Translations under genes and position numbers: made by a program
In this document: positions 43,242-45,258 of the stretch, in pieces
How positions within the stretch are numbered: position 1 is the stretch's first letter
Layout of the letters: every line of letters starts with the position of its first letter
Notes under the pieces: generated by a model
The model's input: only the letters and a program-made list of their open reading frames with translations
Database searches by the model: none
Told to the model about the DNA's origin: nothing
Source of the DNA: Betaproteobacteria bacterium
GTDB lineage: Bacteria > Pseudomonadota > Gammaproteobacteria > Burkholderiales > SG8-39
Direction of reading: 5' to 3'
DNA length: 45,258 nt
Assembly (NCBI GenBank): GCA_025358705.1
Contig: JANYII010000073.1
Coordinates: forward strand, 1 to 45,258

Positions 43242-44961
43242 AGTTTCCACCGACATCCTGATCCTCGGTTCGGGCGGGGCGGGGCTATTCGCCGCGCTGC
43301 ACGCGCATAAGGCACAACTGCGGACGGACCCGTCGCTCTCGATCACCGTCGCGGTGAAGGGCCTGCTCGGCAAATGCGGCTGCACGCGCATGGTGCAGGG
43401 CGGCTACAACGTCGCGCTGGCGCAGGAGGATTCGATCGAGCGCCACTTCATGGACACCATCGAGGGCGGCAAGTGGCTGCCCGACCAGGAGCTGGCCTGG
43501 AAACTGGTCGTGCTTTCCATCGAAAGAATCAGAGAACTGGAAAACGAGCTGGGGTGCTTCTTCGACCGCAATCCGGATGGCACGGTGCACCAGAAGGCTT
43601 TCGCCGGGCAGACGTTCGACCGCACGGTGCACAAGGGCGACCTCACCGGCATCGAGATCATCAATCGGCTCGCCGAGCAGGTGTGGGCTCGCAAGATCAA
43701 CAGGCTGGAAGAACACCGTGCCGTTGAACTTATCAAGGACAAAAGCGGTTCGGCGATCGCGGGCGTGCTCTTCATCGACATGCGCACGGGCGAATATGTC
43801 TTCGTCCGCGCGAAGGCGGTGCTGCTCGCGACCGGCGGCGGTCCGACCATGTACAAGTACCACACGCCCTCGGGCGACAAGTCCTGCGATGGCCTGGCAA
43901 TGGCGCTGCGCGCCGGGCTGCCGCTGCGCGACATGGAGATGGTGCAGTTCCATCCGACCGGCCTCTACGCCGGCACGCACACGCGCATGACCGGAACGGT
44001 GCTGGAAGAAGGCCTGCGCGGTTCGGGCGGCTACCTGCTGAACGGCGCCATGGAGCGCTTCATGCCGAAGTACGACCCCAAGGCCGAGCGCGCCACGCGC
44101 GATTTCGTCTCGCGCGCCATGTTCACGGAGATGAGGGCAGGGAATACCAGTCCTAATGGGGGGCTCTTTATTTCCATGAAGCATCTGAATCAAGATATGG
44201 TTAAAAAACAATTCCGCGGGATGGTCGAACGCTGCGCGGATTGCGGCTTCGACCTCGCCGGCGGCCTGGTTGAAGTGGTGCCGACCGCGCACTACATGAT
44301 GGGTGGCGTCGAGTTCGCGCCCGATTGCAGCACCCAGCTCAAGGGACTCTATGTCGCGGGCGAGGATGCGGGCGGCGTGCACGGCGCCAACCGCCTGGGC
44401 GGCAACGGCGTGGCCAATTCCACGGTGTTCGGCGCCGTCGCAGGTGACGTGATGGCCGAATGGGTCAGGAAGGAAGATTTCAGGGAAGTCGATTTGGTTT
44501 CCGTCGAAAAGGCAGTTCAGTCCTGTGAACCCCGGATCTCCAAAACCCACGGCTCTCTCGAACCGCTGCGCGAACGGCTCTACGAAGTGATGTGGAACAA
44601 GGTCGGCATCATCCGCGACGCCGCCGGCCTGCGCGCCGGGCTCTCGGAGCTCGCGGCGATCGAAAGCGAGCTGGAAAGCACGGGCATCGCGGACGCCAAC
44701 CGCGCCTTCAACCTGACCTGGCACGACTGGCTGAACCTGAAGAGCCTGGCGCAGACCAGCCGCGCGATCGCCGAAGCCGCGCTCGCGCGCACCGATTCGC
44801 GCGGCGCCCACTACCGGGAAGACTTTCCGGATGCCGGGCCGCTGGAAAGCTCGTGCTACACGAGCCTGAAAATCCGGGGTTCGGGATTGGAAATCGCGAT
44901 GAAGCCCGTGGCATTCACGCGTGTCCGGCCGGGCGAATCCCTACTGGTCAGCCACCTTTAG
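43234..44961 (+). CDS. Succinate dehydrogenase/fumarate reductase flavoprotein-like subunit (SdhA/FrdA/NadB family paralogue)
   Basis: ILILGSGGAGL FAD motif. Catalytic set QFHPTG, LRGSGGYLLN..ERFM, PTAHYMMGG and GVHGANRLGGNG. 575 aa. Overlaps the permease gene by 8 nt. Confidence 0.85.
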   Translation: MREVSTDILILGSGGAGLFAALHAHKAQLRTDPSLSITVAVKGLLGKCGCTRMVQGGYNVALAQEDSIERHFMDTIEGGKWLPDQELAWKLVVLSIERIRELENELGCFFDRNPDGTVHQKAFAGQTFDRTVHKGDLTGIEIINRLAEQVWARKINRLEEHRAVELIKDKSGSAIAGVLFIDMRTGEYVFVRAKAVLLATGGGPTMYKYHTPSGDKSCDGLAMALRAGLPLRDMEMVQFHPTGLYAGTHTRMTGTVLEEGLRGSGGYLLNGAMERFMPKYDPKAERATRDFVSRAMFTEMRAGNTSPNGGLFISMKHLNQDMVKKQFRGMVERCADCGFDLAGGLVEVVPTAHYMMGGVEFAPDCSTQLKGLYVAGEDAGGVHGANRLGGNGVANSTVFGAVAGDVMAEWVRKEDFREVDLVSVEKAVQSCEPRISKTHGSLEPLRERLYEVMWNKVGIIRDAAGLRAGLSELAAIESELESTGIADANRAFNLTWHDWLNLKSLAQTSRAIAEAALARTDSRGAHYREDFPDAGPLESSCYTSLKIRGSGLEIAMKPVAFTRVRPGESLLVSHL

Positions 44962-45258
44962 CACCAGCTTGCCGAAATTCCCGCCGCTGAACAGCTTGTT
45001 CAGCGCGTCGGGAAAGTTCTCGATGCCCTCGACCACGTCTTCGCGCGAGATGAATTTTCCTTCCTGCATCCACTGGGCAATGTCCTTCACCGCAACGCCA
45101 AAGCGATCGGCGTAGTCGAATACCACCATGCCCTGCATGCGGGCGCGGTTGACCAGCAGCGACAGGTAGTTGGCCGGGCCCTTCACGGGAGTGGTGTTGT
45201 TGTACTGGGAAATCGCACCGCAGATGATGATGCGCGCGTTGCGGTTGATGCGCGTGAG
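44941..45258 (-). CDS. NADP-dependent medium-chain oxidoreductase (YncB/CurA-like alkenal reductase family); only the C-terminal part is in the window
   Basis: The frame is open to the window end. The C-terminal sequence ...RIIICGAISQYNN...GMVVFDY...FISREDVVEGIENFPDALNKLFSGGNFGKLVLKV is typical of this family. The stop at 44941-44943 overlaps the sdhA-like 3' end. Confidence 0.7.
   Translation of the reverse strand, partial: LTRINRNARIIICGAISQYNNTTPVKGPANYLSLLVNRARMQGMVVFDYADRFGVAVKDIAQWMQEGKFISREDVVEGIENFPDALNKLFSGGNFGKLVLKVADQ

Noticed and set aside
41538-43391. A 617-aa minus-strand ORF antisense to the fused TRAP permease.
   Set aside because: The translation is dominated by Arg, His, Asp and Gln repeats. 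The sense strand encodes an obvious polytopic permease. The ORFs at 5514-6488, 16509-17822, 43285-44811, 32941-34524, 34669-35937 and 11127-12110 were rejected for the same reason.
1-45258. A search for rRNA, tRNA, CRISPR repeats, IS/transposase or integrase genes, phage genes, toxin-antitoxin pairs and defence-system signatures.
   Set aside because: None found by eye. Intergenic space is tiny (the largest gaps are about 103, 70 and 55 nt). I saw no direct-repeat arrays or cloverleaf-like segments, and every substantial ORF has a metabolic or transport assignment. A covariance-model scan (Infernal/tRNAscan) would be needed to exclude small ncRNAs formally.

Overview
This is a high-GC, very compact bacterial chromosome segment with about 49 protein genes. 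I found no rRNA, tRNA, CRISPR array, IS element or phage gene. Sixteen gene junctions use 4-nt ATGA, GTGA or TTGA start/stop overlaps. The four Bug/TctC solute-binding proteins and the fba-purC-purE block suggest Betaproteobacteria, probably Burkholderiales; this is inference only.

The window is mostly organic-acid uptake and catabolism modules:
- (a) 2.4-8.0 kb: a DUF993 / TauD-type dioxygenase / DctPQM TRAP transporter / TIM-barrel isomerase operon.
- (b) 8.0-11.0 kb: an emrRAB-like MarR-EmrA-EmrB efflux operon with a palindromic operator candidate.
- (c) 12.2-20.0 kb: a divergent cluster that looks like an oxidative hexuronate pathway, with a TRAP transporter, an SMP-30 lactonase, a Udh-like dehydrogenase and a LigI-like amidohydrolase.
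- (d) 20.1-25.2 kb: a GldA/GldF/GldG-like ABC-2 system plus DUF4340 plus an alpha/beta hydrolase, function unknown.
- (e) 25.2-29.3 kb: two tandem Bug proteins, a family III CoA-transferase and a CitE-like lyase.
- (f) 29.3-32.6 kb: housekeeping genes fba, purC, purE and tsaC.
- (g) 34.5-45.0 kb: the most unusual part, an 11-gene translationally coupled operon.

Operon (g) encodes a paralogous succinate-dehydrogenase-like complex in scrambled order (sdhB-like, sdhD-like, sdhC-like, then five other genes, then sdhA-like). The SdhC-type cytochrome b anchor is fused in frame to a periplasmic Bug solute-binding domain. The same operon carries a split UxaA/SuyAB-like dehydratase, a split class-I Fe-S hydro-lyase interrupted by a secreted chalcone-isomerase-like protein, and a TAXI-TRAP transporter.

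Function calls rest on motifs I recognise by eye and on recalled family knowledge. No database search was run. Many long ORFs in the track are antisense or out-of-frame high-GC artefacts and were rejected.
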